A DNA stretch of 64,000 nucleotides from Lama guanicoe (lineage: Eukaryota): contig MU054212.1 of assembly GCA_013239625.1 (NCBI GenBank), positions 434,001-498,000 of the forward strand, read 5' to 3'. The translations under genes and the position numbers were made by a program. Position 1 is the stretch's first letter. Each line of letters opens with the position of its first letter. This document shows, piece after piece, positions 44,115 through 58,078 of the stretch. The notes below the pieces were generated by a model. That model was not told the DNA's origin and ran no database searches. It was given only the letters and a program-made list of their open reading frames with translations.

Positions 44115-44710
44115 ATGGTATAATGGAAGAGGCGGGGGCTTCAGAACCATAGAGACCTGGGCTCAAATCTTAGCTCAGCTGTAGCTAGCTGTGTGAACTC
44201 AAGCAACTTACTTAACCTCTCTGATCTTCAGACTCCTCTTCCAAAAAATAGAAATTAAAAAAAAACTATCACAGGATTATTCATTTCTAGAACAAATATT
44301 GTTTTGAATCCTCATTTGTATCATCTCTGATCTAGTCAATGGGAATACAGTAGTTTCCAATATAATACATACTTAAATAAATATTTGTTTCTTTCTCTTC
44401 TGCTATTTATTTCTTAGTCAAAAGCACAGAATCCTTAGAGAAATCTCCATTTTTTCTTCCTCCAGTGTACACTGTCCTCCAAGTAAAGATCATCTAATAA
44501 AAACAGTAACACCTAACACTTAACCAGGTACTTATTATGAGCTAGGCACTATTGGAAGTACTTATATGTATTTACTAACTTAATGCTCAAAACACAGATT
44601 GATTTTTACTGATAGGGAAAAAAAGACACAGAGAAGCTAAGGAATTTGTCAAGGTCACACAACTAGTGGCACCCAGTTCAAGTCCACAGCCTGAACCAAT
44701 GCATTAGAGA
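44115..44710. mobile_element. Two MIR fragments (~44115-44280 plus strand; ~44500-44710 minus strand)
   Basis: agacctgggctcaaatcttagctc...acttaacctctctg; gacacagagaagctaaggaatttgtcaaggtcacaca. Confidence 0.6.
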
Positions 44711-46188
44711 TCATACATTTCAGCCCCTCTGGATGATACCATGTCTTCAGAGCTGTCTCTCTTCCCCATCCCTTCTTTCCTTTTCTCTTTTCCTCTCTTC
44801 TCTTCTTTTCCTCTCAGTTGAAAAAACTGAAGGTCACTTTGAACAGTTAGGTGACATGCTTAAAGTTACACAAGTCCCTGCGACATTTATCCTGACTCCC
44901 GTTCCCGAGCCCTTCCTACAACACCATGCAACACTAGATGATCAGTATGCAGGCAAGTGGTTGAAATTCATTACTATTTTGAGTAAATAACTTATATGAC
45001 TTTATCCTCCCAGTTATAACAATTATTTGAAGGGATCAGATCTGATGGTAAAAAAAAAATTCCATTAGATACCATTATGTTTCTTTTACTTTAATTAATA
45101 CCTATCTCAAATGTGTGCTTTGTTTTTGCTAGTGTTGTTTAAATTTCTGCCCCTATAAATATTTGCACTGTTGTCTTAGTTTTAATTAGTTTCTGGCGTT
45201 TTTCTTGGACTGGTTTTGCATTGGGATGGGAGTGTTTACAGTCTGGCCTGCCATCTGTGAAATTTCGCATCCCCAAACCACCATAGCCTCAGCTCAGAGA
45301 TGACATCGATGTACAGTCAAAACAAGCCCAGGAGTGTTTGTGAGGAAGGCAGTGCTATGTCTGAGCTGCTGAGTGACCCTGAATCACCCAGAGACAGCCA
45401 TCACAAGGGGGACACTACAAGCAAGCCTCCACCAAATCTTCCAGAACTTTGCCCTTGAACTGACACAAGGTCACCACAATCCAGAATATAATTCTAGGCA
45501 GAATTTGCTCTTGTTTCAAGAGGGTACTGAATGCAGAGGAGATAAGAGAGTGAATAGATGCCACTGAGAAATTGGGGCATAAGTCTACAGAGGCCAGTGC
45601 AGGTGATAAATGAGACATTGTAAGGAGAATACTGTGGGCAAATAGAAGAATCTCCCAGCTCACCTGTATGAGTCAATGAACTCCTCTGTGTTCTGATTTC
45701 CTCATTTGTAAAATGAGAGGAATAATACTCATCTTGCTGATCACCTAAGGATCACATGAGAAAATTAGGTAAATGAGATCAGCCTGAAAACTGTAAAGTG
45801 CTCTAGAAATACGATGAATTATATTATTGCTATTATGTAATGTTTACATAAAGGAAGTGGAGTTTCACTGGAAGAACCAATATAACAGCAATTTCCACTA
45901 AAATGCGCCATAAAGGTTAAGGCAATTCACTGAGACTTCTTTAAACCCAGGGAAAGAGAGACAGCTTTGCAAGCATAAGGTAACAAAAACACAACAAGGT
46001 AGTGTCAGATGGGGACTTTGCATCCCCACCAGCCCTGAGTGTTCCAGACACATGGAGGAGGGTGAGGCAGGTGAAATGTGCAGCCTGGGAAGAGCCGGCT
46101 CCTCCAGGTGCACAAAGGAAACAGGAGCAGTCACTGGGCTGCTGCCCCAGGTAAGCGGGGTTTGACACCAAGGCAAATATCGAGAGAC

Positions 46189-46757
46189 TGCTACGGGCTG
46201 AACTGTGTCCCTCAAAGGCATGTGTTGAAGCTCTAACCCCAAACGTGACAACATTTGGAAACAGGGCCTTTAGGAGGTAATTAAGATTAAAAGAGGGGAG
46301 GAGGGTATAGCTCAAGTGGCAACGCACATGCTCAGCATGCACTAGGTCCTGGGTTCAATCCTCAGCACCTCCATTAAAAGATAAACAAACAGAAAACTAA
46401 TAATAAATAAATAAATAGGCCTAATGACCCCCCCCAAAATAACATTTAAAAAAAAAGTTGTTTTAATGAAAAGAGGGTATAGGGTGAGGCCCCAATCCAA
46501 TAGGACTGGTCACTTTATAAAAAGAAAAAGATCTCTCCAGCTCTCTCCTTCTCTCCTCCTCTCCCTCAGAGGAAAGGCCACATGAGGACAAAGTAGCCAT
46601 CTGCAAGCCAAGAAGAGAGGTCTCACCAGAAACCAAACTCTGCTGGATCCTTGATCTTGGACTTTGCAGCCTCCAGAACTGTGAGAAAATAAATTTCTCT
46701 TATTTAAACCACCCAATCTGTGATATTTTGTTATGGCAGCTGGAGGAGACTAAGACA
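46189..46757 (+). mobile_element. MaLR solo LTR (MLT1A/B-like) interrupted by a vic-1-like SINE (~46295-46465)
   Basis: tgctacgggctgaactgtgtccc...ctccagaactgtgagaaaataaatttc...gactaagaca. SINE head gggtatagctcaagtgg. Confidence 0.88.
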
Positions 46758-49514
46758 GTCACGATATTTATTTTTGTTCTACAACTGAAAAGAAAATCAA
46801 GTTTTCTTTGAGATATATTAATCCTTGTAACTTTGACCCATATACCTACTGAAAATTTAAAAAAAAACAATTCCAATGGAAAAGTCTTGTTGGGTTCCCT
46901 TTTCTTGCAAGATGATAGGTAGCCTAGAGAAAAAGTGTTAATTTCCCACTAGATCCTGCCCATCATTTCTTATCAGAATCCATCTGCTCCTTTCAGAGTT
47001 CACAAAATCATTGGATGTCAGGGTTGCTGTTACTGGTCTGGTTGTCCCCAAAATTTCGATTTCATTCCGATAGTGGAAAGGCTAAAAATTCACATGCTGG
47101 ATTTTTACCACCTAAGATCATATCCTGGCTCTTGTATTTCTTGAACGTGAAAATCTAAGAAACTTAAAAAATCTTCAAATCCACACCCCCCCGAAAAAAA
47201 ACCTCCAAATCCCAGTTTCGCCACCTATAAAAATGAGAATAATAGTAATAATAATAATGCTTCTACCTCGGGCTTATTGTAAAGAGGAAATGAAATAACA
47301 TACCCCAGTGCAGTATCTGACACCCAGTAAGTGTGCAGTTAATGTTGACTATTACTATCAGTCTTAGAAAAGTCAGATATTAAATACAAAATACTCTGCA
47401 ATCAAGTTGAGGCCAGACCTCTCATTAGGGAGTCACCCCCAGTACTCTGTACCCAGCTGGTAGCTATCTATTGATCTGTAAACAGTATTTATCAGTAAGA
47501 GTGAGAGGAGGAAAAGGTATTAGAGGAGAATGACAGTAAAATCCATTTAAGGAAATCCAAGTCAGTTAAATCCTTTCACTCGAGACAAGTAGAGCCATTG
47601 TGCACATGACACAGAAAGGTATTATTTTGGCAAATGTACTTACTGCCCCTTCAAACATCTTGCTTGTATGGTGTTTGAAGGGGATGTCAACAGAGAGGGC
47701 TAGCACGGGGTAGGCCCCTCCCCAAACTGGAGTATGGGGGACCCTGAGGGATGCACAGGACACCCAAGTCCACCAGAAACAAACACAGCTCAGCTTCCTG
47801 GAGCCCTGATTTAATGAAGCAGAATGCAAACATTTGCATGATTTTTTTTAAAAGACAAAATATGATACTTCAAAGAACTTTCTGGCATGCCTTATTCTGT
47901 TTCCAGGCTTCCAATCGTGTCTCCAGTTGGGCAGGGGCTGTGTACTCTGCTCTGCCAGGGAGCTCTGGGGTAGAGGAAGAGCCCAGACGAGGAAGCAGCT
48001 CCCGGCCGGCCACTGCTTCCCTGGATCATCCCAGCAGCCTCCCAGCCACTTCCTCCTTCCCTGCAGTGTGATCTTCAAAAGCCCAATGGGCACAGCCCAC
48101 TCTCCCCGAGGAAATACCTTCCACACCTCCCTCTGGCCTATGGGGTAAAGCCCACATTTCTACACCTGGGCACAAGACCCCTCACAGCCTGACTCCCCAC
48201 AGCCTTGTAAGCCCTTGACATCCGCTGGCCCACGACACATGCACTGCCTCCACGACTCCACCCCATTCTCCCTCGTGCCTCCCCTGTGCCATCCCCCTGC
48301 ACCTTGTGCCCCCTTCCCAGGCTGCTCTGGCCCCCATACCTTGGCTCAGCTCTGAGATCTCTTTCAAAGTCCCATCCAGTGGGAAGCTCCCCCACCCCGA
48401 CCCCACCGCCTGCCAAGGTGCTGGGTGTTCAGAACGCAGAGCAAGGTTAATGTGCTAAATACTATCTGTATTTAACCATCAGTGTTCACTGGCTCTTAAA
48501 TTAGTATTTAACTGGCTGTCAGGACTGCTGGCTACAACTTTGTTCTCATTCGCTTTTCTAATTTGTAGAGAATTTTTCTTCACGAAGATGAACTGCTCTT
48601 TTGAAACGAAATGTCAGCAGATTTTCTTACTTCCAAACAGAATTAAAACAGGAAGTGAGAATCCAGTGTACTTCACTGTGACAAAAGTCACATTATGAAA
48701 CAAAAGTGTCCTTATTTCCAGCCTCCCCAGGGATGGAATGACATTCCAGGGCTCCCAGCTGAGCCTCCTGTCAAATTCACTTCAAGAGGTTCTCGCCGGC
48801 GTTTATTTCACTCCCAGGTCCGGGCAAAACGTCGCAGGGTTTTGAATGCGATTCTCAGTCAGATCGTGGGAAGGCAGGGACCGCAGAGAGCCAGGCTGGG
48901 GGCCAGCTGGAGCTGAGAAGATGCGAAAGTGTTTCCTTCATTAAAAAGAAATCCTTTTGTGGAGGAAGTCCTGTGTCCCCAAGCAAGTTCTGACTTCAAA
49001 ACAGCTGAGCTAAGCTCTGCCAGCCTCTTCCAGAAAGAGGGAGAAGAGAGATGCCTGTCTTCTCTCCACACCAGGGCACAGTGAATTAACAATGAGATCT
49101 GTTCGTCTTGCAAATAACAAACCAAACTCCATCCACGTTTACCCCAATTTCTCAGAAGAAACCAAAACTGCTGTCATGACATCACCAGTTCCCAAATGCT
49201 GCTGCTTCTGGTTTTGTCCGATCTTGTTCATTTATTTTGTTGTTGTTTTCTTTTTCCCACAGCTGGCAGTGAACAATGATCAATAAATTAATGAATGGAA
49301 GAAAAAGGAATCGACAAATCGTCCTGGGAACACAGGAGTGTGCCAGAACCAGCACAGAAAGCCATGAGACTGAGCCATTTTCTCTCATTCTTATAAATAT
49401 GCAAATACTTTATCCTGCCCGAACTCTATACAGCTCATTCATTTTTGTTGTTGTTTTTGTTTTGTCATTCAGCCATTCATCTAACAGTTACCGAGCTGCT
49501 GTTGGAAGCCCCCC

Positions 49515-49699
49515 CACCGTTAACACAACTTTAGTGCCTCACAATTACCCGCAACGACTTGCTAAAATACAGATTGCTGGACCAGGACCAATTTCCAATT
49601 GTGTAGCAATGGGGTGGGTCCCTGAAGTTTGAATTTCTTAAAAATCCCCTGGTGGTACAGATGTTACTAGCCCCAGGGGCACACTTTGAAAAGCACTGC
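49515..49699. mobile_element. MER5-like hAT MITE
   Basis: cttgctaaaatacagattgctgg...cacactttgaaaagcactg. Confidence 0.7.
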
Positions 49700-51674
49700 A
49701 TGACTATATCCACCAGCAAGTGCCCCGAATGCCTAGGACGGAAAAGATGCTCAATAAATATTCATTAAACTGAATTGAAGCCTCTTTGAGTAAAATCTAA
49801 TTCTGTGAGAAAATTCTGGGCTCTGAGATAACAGATTGGTTTGTACAAATATTTACATGTTTTCCCAGCTGAGACAGAGACACAAGTGGGCAGGAACAAC
49901 TTTTTAGAGCAAGGTGCTCTCATTTATAGGTCAAATGTTAGGTTGAGGACAGAGTATTTTGCAGCTGACTTGTGAGCTAACATAGGTGTGGACACCTTGG
50001 GGATTATTAACTTAAAACAGGAAAATCATTCTATCATCTTCAGAACATGCCCCTGCAGTTAGCTGCCTCCTTCTTTTCCTCCTTCCCTCCTCCCGTTTCC
50101 CCCTTCTCTGCCCTCCCTACTTCTCCTCCATCTCTGCAAGGCTATCAGTTAATATTTGTACACATACTTTGAGTTCCTGGAAGACAGAAGCTGTATTGTT
50201 GCCAAATGAAATAAATCATTTCTCTCTGTTCTTTAAGAAGGTAAACAGGGCATTATCATCCCCCTCAAATGTGTCTTCTTTATAACGTACTGTTTATCAT
50301 ACTTGAAGGTAAACAAAAAGACTTATTTTTTTCTGGCCTCTAAGCCCATAGTCCAAGGTGATTTGTGGTGTGGGTTTGCCAGTTGGCAATTTTAAATAAT
50401 ATTTTAAAATGTATAACAGTGGCTTGTTTTCTACAAATAGCATCAGGTCTAATGTCCTCTTGTGTTCTCGGGTCTCTCACTATCGTCAAGGTATGTTATT
50501 GCTATTCACCAAGTAGCCAACCTGGGGAAGCATAAATTATATGGGCTTATAATTTAGTTTTTGTCCCCTCTTAGTTATCTTTGCAAAGAGAGAAAGATAA
50601 CTTTATAATTCTTACAACTTAAAAAACATGCGTAAGACCAGTTTGTATTACAGATTAACATTCCAGGTAATAATTTAATGTAGCTTTTAGCATAATGTGT
50701 CTCATACATCAACCTGGTTCTTTTTGCAGTGCTTTGGTGATTTTTTTTTTAAAGCTTTCTTTTTATTAACATTTAGAAGATAAATTCTCCATGTAAGCAT
50801 ATTAAGGGAAAAAGCAATAAAGACACCTAATGAAATGTCTAGTAGCAGATAGACTTTTTTGAGATACCTCTGCATCAGAATCACAAATCACACTTTTAAC
50901 TCCAGAAGCTCTAAATTTTAACCTTAGCCTTAGCCTTGTCTACAGAGAGAGGTTGACAATATAAACTGAAGCTATGCTTTCTCTCATTAAACAGCACAAA
51001 CAATCTATGAGGGTGGTCATCAGCCTCTCGGAGGTTTACTGGGGAAAGAGCAGGCTCCTCTGCTTCCCAGCGCACAGAAACCGAACCAGAACCAGAATGC
51101 ATATGGAAGCCGTGGGATCCTCCAGACATTGATGGTAGGCAGCGAATAAGAGAAGACTCTAGAAAACTATACAATCTCCTAATCTCTTTTTTTACAGATA
51201 AATGATAGAGAGAAAGATGGTAGATAGAAAGAAGCCTCTCTTTGCACATTCCTTTGTGTTTAAATTTACTGTGAAAACCTTATTCTGAGGCAAGCACGCA
51301 GGAGAGGAGAGCACTGCGCTGCTTCCCCCACCCTCTACTCCCCAACCCTCCTGCAAAAGCGCAGTCCCTCCCACCCCAAACTTCAGTCATCCCTTCTGAC
51401 CTGACTCTTACTCTCTGGAAGTTGAGGGAACAAATGAGATGAAAGTCTCCTTTGGGACAAACTGTCCTTTGGGTGATTCTAGGTGGAGATATTAAGTGAC
51501 CCTTTGGTTTTCTCCACCAAAATGATGCACGTGTGCTAGCAAACCACACCTCACATGAAAATGTTCCCAATCTAAAGCTCTGTAATTATATTCAGAGCAA
51601 TTTTTAGTTGCTGTTTAATTATCATCTTTCAAAAATTTAGTTTAACAAATATTTATTGAACTTGTACATGCAGG

Positions 51675-52187
51675 TGTAACAGAGAAGAACATACCCGACT
51701 CCATATTGAATCTATTCCTTTAGCGCTAACCTTTCTGCTCTGTTGCCTGCTCTTGGTCATGCTGGCTCTGCACCTTTTGTAAAAGAATGTTGCCTATAGC
51801 CTGAGATATACAGGAGAGCCTATACTCAAGACTCTGACCTGTAAAGGCATAACACTTTGCCATCCACATAGAAATAAAAAGTTGCAGAACAGAGAATAAT
51901 AGTTGTCTTGTTGGAGGTTTTATAGGGACATTGTGACCAGACCTACATGGACAGCTACAAGAACAAAGGATTTTAGCACCAAGAAATTTGCAACAACCAG
52001 CCATACCCCCTCCCCTTTTAGTATAAAAGAAGCCTGAATTCTAACTCAGGTAAGATGGTTCTTTGGGACACCATCTTCTCTGTCTCCTGGCTTTCCAAAT
52101 AAAGGCTCTAGTCCTGGCCCCAACAACTCATCTCCTGATTTATTGGCCTGTCGTGCAGTGAGCAGTATGAGCTTGGACTTGGTAACA
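51675..52187 (+). mobile_element. ERV1 solo LTR (MER41-like) inserted in an L2 tail
   Basis: Termini tgtaac...ggtaaca with flanks cagg/caag. TATAAAA ~52022, AATAAA 52098-52103. 3' end (ctgatttattggcctgtcgtgc...gcttggacttggtaaca) is typical of MER41-type LTRs. Confidence 0.8.
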
Positions 52188-53229
52188 CAAGGAACTTGCA
52201 AAGCACAGATCAGGTCATGTGATACCTTAATTCAAAAGCCTTTGGTGCTCCCACCCACAAAAGGAAGTCAAAACTGCTCAATCTGACCTACAAAGCCAGC
52301 CTTGTCTTGCAGCACACCCCACGCCAGCCTCACCTGGCTGCTGCTCACTCTTTCCACTCTGTCTCTCTCATTTTCCTGAAATCCCGCTCTGCTCTTCCCT
52401 GCACAACTAGTTGCCGTTCTTCGATTGTCCATTCTGGAAAACCTCACTTAAAAGATACTATTAAGTCCACACAGAATGAATTGCTCTTTCCTGTTCATTG
52501 ATAATTTCAGCGGTTCACACTTTCATTCAACAAAGCTTTTGTCTGCTATGTACTGAGCACGTTGTGTTTGCTTCCTTGCTTTTTAGGACAGTTTGTAATT
52601 ACTGTATCCCTGCTTCTATCATAGGGATTTCCCACTGATGACAAAACTATAGCAACTGGTAATTCTTTGATTTCACAAATTATGGTCCTCACTTAATAAA
52701 TATAGAATCAAGAATTTTTTAAAATTTAAAAAGCAGCTAGTAATTATCCCAGAGTGTTTGTTTGGTTTTTTAATTATATACGCTCTGTTACCTAATCATG
52801 CTTAGCACAGCCATTGGAGACATCCTCCTGTATTCAGGCTTTGTTCAAGTTTTATTAAATTTAGGTCTTCCCAGAAGGCTTCTACTCAAGAGAATAAGTA
52901 TTGTTTGAAGCTCCCTGGAATCAAAAAGCTCATTCCTAAGGAAATAAATAGCTTCTTCACATGATCCATAAGCAATGCGCCAGTGATTAGCCATCAACCC
53001 TGAATTATTAAGATAGCCAACTTTTGTTTTTCTTTTGACAGATGCTCAAAATTCTCTCTAAATCTCTGTGCATAAACAAGCCCCAGTTTATGCACATTTT
53101 CACTGCTGCCACTGCAACAAAATATTTGATTTTGCAGTGGATCTTTGAAAAGTCTCCACTTCACCTCCCATATATATGTTCCCTTGAGCTGGGGTGCGTT
53201 TCCCAGCATGAATCTAAATTATAACCAGT

Positions 53230-53610
53230 TGTATTGCCAGAGTCAAGTGAGGAAAGCAGAAACCAATGTGAGTATTTTGGAGGGAATTTAATATTGGGAA
53301 TTCAATACATAAGTGATGAAAGAGTGGAGAAGCCAAACAGATCAGCAACAGCTGGGAGCTGCTATGGCTGGGAGGGCAATGGGAGCACAGGGTGCTGACG
53401 GAACCCAGGACTGGGGGTCACCTGGCAGAAGCCAGTACCGAAGAGGAGGAAAAGCTGTAACCAAAGCTGTAACCGCCCAAGGTAGAGAGAGGCTGCCAGG
53501 GCTTCTACCCGTCTCCCCCCACCTTCCAGGAGCCTCCACTGGCCAATGGAAAGTACAGCTCGCCAGAGGGCAGGGAACCACCTGAGAAAGAGGGGAGCAG
53601 GGATGAGGCA
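53230..53610. mobile_element. Probable ancient LTR remnant
   Basis: gaaagcagaaacca...gggaatttaatattgggaatt...cctccactggcc resembles old ERVL/ERV1 LTRs. Confidence 0.4.
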
Positions 53611-55114
53611 GGGAATGGGTCTGACAGCAAACAGGAACACATTTCATGCCTCTGAGCCCCAGAGGTGAAGTTCCGTCACTCAAGTGTTGCCGACTTGCAG
53701 TCCAGCCGCTCTCACAGACCCCCTCATAATCCCACAGGCAACAAGCCCGAGGTAACCAGGTGCTGACAAAGATGCCCCTCCCTTATCCACGAGGTCTGGC
53801 CAACTTTGGGGAAATGTCAATCTAAGTTTTGTTTTGTTTTTCTAATTAAGTTTTTAAAATAATTTCCTAAGGTAGAAATTAATACCTCTGTATTATGATC
53901 ATGTCCCAAGTTTACGTTTCAATTGCTTTTCAGAAGCTTATTTCCAATTAATAAATGTCTTCCATTTCAACACTTAATATTCAAATATCTGCTCAGAAAC
54001 ATGCATCTTAGTCCTACTTTTGCCACATTTATTCCCTAGAGGTCTTTCTTGGTTTCATTCTATGTTTAGCATTACTTTCAAGTAGCACATTGAGAGCTTT
54101 AGGCAAATTTAAATAATCTCCTTTAAATTAGAAGGAAATTCAATGCACTGCAGGATTCTTTTGCTAGGCTGAGCCCCAGTCATCTGAAAGTCATTTGCCC
54201 AAAATATTTAGCATGTACTCTTGGGAAATTCTGTGCATGCTGAGAAGATCAGAACCATGTAGTGCAATAGGAATCTACTAAAAAGGACCTAGAATGAGGG
54301 AAAGCAACATTTAAAAAATCATATTTCTATTCACAACTAAACAGGAGTTTTGAAACCACATTAAATTTTGGAAACTATAATCTTTAGAATCTTTTGTTTA
54401 CATTTAAACCACAATATACAAACTCTTTACTATTTTACATCCATCAACTTATTAAAACAGCAAATGTTCATTACAGAATATTTGGAAAATAAAGAAAAGT
54501 ATAATAATCTAAAATTTTGAAAATACTCAACTCCAACATCCTAAAATAACCTCTGTTAACGTTTTGATGCCTATTTTGTGTGCTTGTGTGAGTAAAATAG
54601 TCTTGGGGATACACCACACATACAGTTTTGTATCTTGATTTTGATCATTTACCGTTTTATTCTGAGGATTTCCCCATACTATAATTTTCCCCAAGTACGA
54701 TAATTTATTAAATTATTTCCCTTTTGTTAGACATTTTGGAACTGCATTGCTACTTATCCCTTGACAAGCCAATATGGAAAGACTGGTTTCCATCTATAAA
54801 AAAGGAAGTAAGATCATCCTGAAAGAGGCTGGCATTTCCTCTTCTCTGCCTCTAATTATCTCTCAGCTGTCTTTGGTTTCATATCGACTGCATTTGAAGG
54901 CTTCTCCTTTTGTTATACTGAGAAAAGAGGCCACCACACAGAGGAACTTGACCAAAGGAGTAGATAATTATTACATTATTTTATGTGCATATTTTATGCA
55001 ATCTTTAAATGGAATTATTAATTATGAAATGGGTAATTATTAAAGTGATGATTTGGAAGAAGATAAGCCTTGTTCTTTATAAATTGCAGGTCACTGCTGA
55101 CATATTTAAGAGCA

Positions 55115-55192
55115 TATATACATATTTATATATATTTTTATATATATATTTAAGAGTGTATATGTGTATATATATACACACACACACATACA
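55115..55192. repeat. Compound (TA)/(CA) low-complexity microsatellite
   Basis: Read directly from the sequence. Confidence 0.8.
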
Positions 55193-57649
55193 TTCAGACA
55201 CTTAGAAATCCATGAAAAGTGACTGATGAATTATGAATGCCAGAGAAGGTTATGGTTAAGCGCCTGATTTATTTGGGGGTGCTCATTGGGTTTTCTTGCT
55301 CCTTTTGTGTTTTTTTGTAGGCATCAATGATTTGGAGTGGGATTGGCCCACAGAAGTCTTTACAGCACTAAAAACTATCTTATTAAGCAGTTATACTATA
55401 CCATATATTTATATACAGAAAGGAAAACAATAATTGTAACAAAAACACAAGATTGTTGTGAGGATTAATTAAATGAGATGCTGCATAAAGAATTCAGCTC
55501 AGTGACTGGCTAACTGAAAATACTCCACAGGTGTCATCATCTTTATCTTCATTTGAATAGAGCTTTATAGCTACAAAGAATTTTCACACGCATTTGCTCT
55601 TTTAGTTGCCACAACTCAGAGAGGTAGCCAAGGATGAGGATCGCTTTTGTCTCAAAGTCCTTCCACTCTGCAGCTCACGGTGGTGGTGGCCCGCTCAGTT
55701 GCTGACTGCCATTTAAGTGGCCTGCTGGACTGAATTATTATACACTATGACTTTGGCAAAAGCAGAGAGAACAAGTGGACAAGCTTGGCCAACTATTCTC
55801 TATTCTAGCAGAGACAATGGCTCCAGACTCTCTGAGAATGAACTGTTTGATTTTAGGCAAGGTCCTTAAATTGCCATCAGTGTTTGACTAATGTCAGAAA
55901 TAACGTCACTGCACTCTTGAACCTAGGGTTAACGTTAAAGCACAGAAGAAGATACAGCAGTCAGAATTATGTCTTTTTAGGAGTGGAACTTAGAAAAATA
56001 TTCTGACAAGGCTTTTCTAATCAGAAGTACACTTACTAACTGAATATAACAATCAAGCATTCCTTTGGAGCATCTCATATGAACATTTAACATCTCTTGC
56101 CTTCTGCTGGATCTGCTTGCAACCCAGGTATATAGGGATCTTTCAACCCATTCCTAACACAGATCTTTACTCTTTTTAAGCACCCAGATAAAGGCAAGAA
56201 ATCGGAGGGGAGTTACATTTGGGGAAAAAAAATCTAAGGGGATAGCGAGCCACAATCCAGTGAGAGGCTGGCTGAAAAGCTGCATCCCAGGTCAAGGTCA
56301 TGGTTCCCTGAATAAACTGAAGAGCTTGGGGGCCTCCGAGTCAATGGTTTGGCACTTACGAGTGCTCCAGGTCAAGCTTAGTGTTTACATGGCTCATCAA
56401 TTTGTTTTCAAAGAGCTGCCCCAAAGTCAGCAGGGTTAATCAATTCTAACCATTGGGCAATCAAATAGTCAGCAAAGGCATTTCCACGAGGGTACGAAGG
56501 CAGGCAGGACACATCATTTGATCGTCCTGATCGTTTAAGAACCAGTCACGACAGATCCAACCATTCTGATCTCCCTTGCCTATTAGCACTCAAACATTAA
56601 CTGACTCAACAAGTGTTCCCCTCATTTTCAAAATATTTTTATAGTCACAGTTGAAAAGCAATCTCTTTGGCTTCACTAAGTACTGAGATAGGAAGTATAG
56701 CTTAAGACCATCAGCAGAAGGAGGTATCTTTTCCAAACGAGCAGGATAGGCAAGGAACAAAACAGGAAGGCTGGTTAACTCACGGACTCAGACTCCCAGC
56801 CTGGTGGCAAGCTTTTCAGGGAATACAAAGAGAGGCAGAAATAGAAATGATATTTGGATGGTGTTAAACTATATTTCTCTCCACCCGAGAGAAAACATGG
56901 ATGTCAGTGGCCGACTACAGGTCACCAAATGAGCACAAATAAAACATGGAGCAGTAATGAGACTTGCATGATCCAAATAGCTGCTTAAAGTCTCCTTCAG
57001 CTAAAAACAGAGCATGTGATAAATTCTTGACTTGTCTTGGCATTGTTGTCTCAGACTATAGAGGAAGCAAGCAAAGTAGCTGCCACGCTGGATTCAAGTC
57101 TTGAGAGAGCCAGAAAGAATGTGCAGGTGATGTGGAAGGGTAGAGTCCTGGAGAATCAAGCAAGGGGTTCACCTTAACCTTTGTGGGCTTCACAAAACAA
57201 AAAGACACCCAAAAGTTTATCAAAAAGCTACATGCAATGAATGATTCTATAATTTGCTTCAGAATTATCCAATGGCAGCAGGAAGTGGGTGGAGGGTGGT
57301 AGGTGGGGGTTTAGAATAAAACAGGATTGTCTATGAGTTCTTCATAATTTCTGAAAACTAGGCGATAGATCCATGGGGGTTCATTACACTACTCTCTCTA
57401 TTTGTGTATGTTTGGCAATTCCCATAATAAGTAAAACAAAACGAACGTAAACAAAATGATATGACTAATTCCAAAGCAAAACAAACAAACAAACAAGCAA
57501 AAAAACAAGAAAACTCTAAGAGGAAGAACAACTTAAAGATATGACAAGCTTTCAAAAAAAGAAACAGTCTATTGGCAGAGGCACAAACAATTCCACTTAG
57601 GGAGAAAGTGTGTTTTTGGAGTGTGGGGTTGGGAGGCAGCATCAAAAAC

Positions 57650-57817
57650 CATGCAACTTGACTAGGAGCCATTTGGAAACTTGTAGGGGCATTTTTGCTT
57701 GTTGTAATACCTGGGGTGCAATGCTGCTTCCCAGTCGTAGAAGCCAGAGATGCTAAAAGTCGTTTAACCCAAGGACCATAGAATTGTTCCCCCAATGCCA
57801 GTAGCACCCTCACTGAA
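57650..57817 (+). mobile_element. MER20-like hAT MITE
   Basis: ggggcatttttgcttgttgtaa...gtagaagccagagatgctaaa...gaattgttcccccaatgccagtagc. Confidence 0.65.
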
Positions 57818-57952
57818 CAGAACGAACGGAGGAAACCAAAGTGCCAAAGTGGCTGCCTTTGGGAACTCTTTCATTAACCAGATCTTAAAAGCACATGGCC
57901 CATGAATGGGAAGGATAAATAGTAAAGAATGAATAATAAAGACTCACGTATC

Positions 57953-58078
57953 GAGGGGAGGGTATAGGTCGAAGTGGTAGAGCACATGCTTAGCATGCAC
58001 GAAGCCCTGGGTTCGATCCCCAGTACCTCCTCTAAAAAAAGTAAGTAAATAAATAAACCTCCTCCCACCCCCCCCAAA
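57953..58078 (+). mobile_element. vic-1-like SINE with 14-bp TSD
   Basis: TSD aaagactcacgtat (57938-57951) / aaagactcacatat (58079-58092). B box ggttcgatccc. Confidence 0.9.

Noticed and set aside
57953..58030. tRNA gene (A/B boxes, GGTTCGATCCC)
   Set aside because: It has an A-rich tail, a TSD and several diverged siblings in the window, so it is a tRNA-derived SINE.
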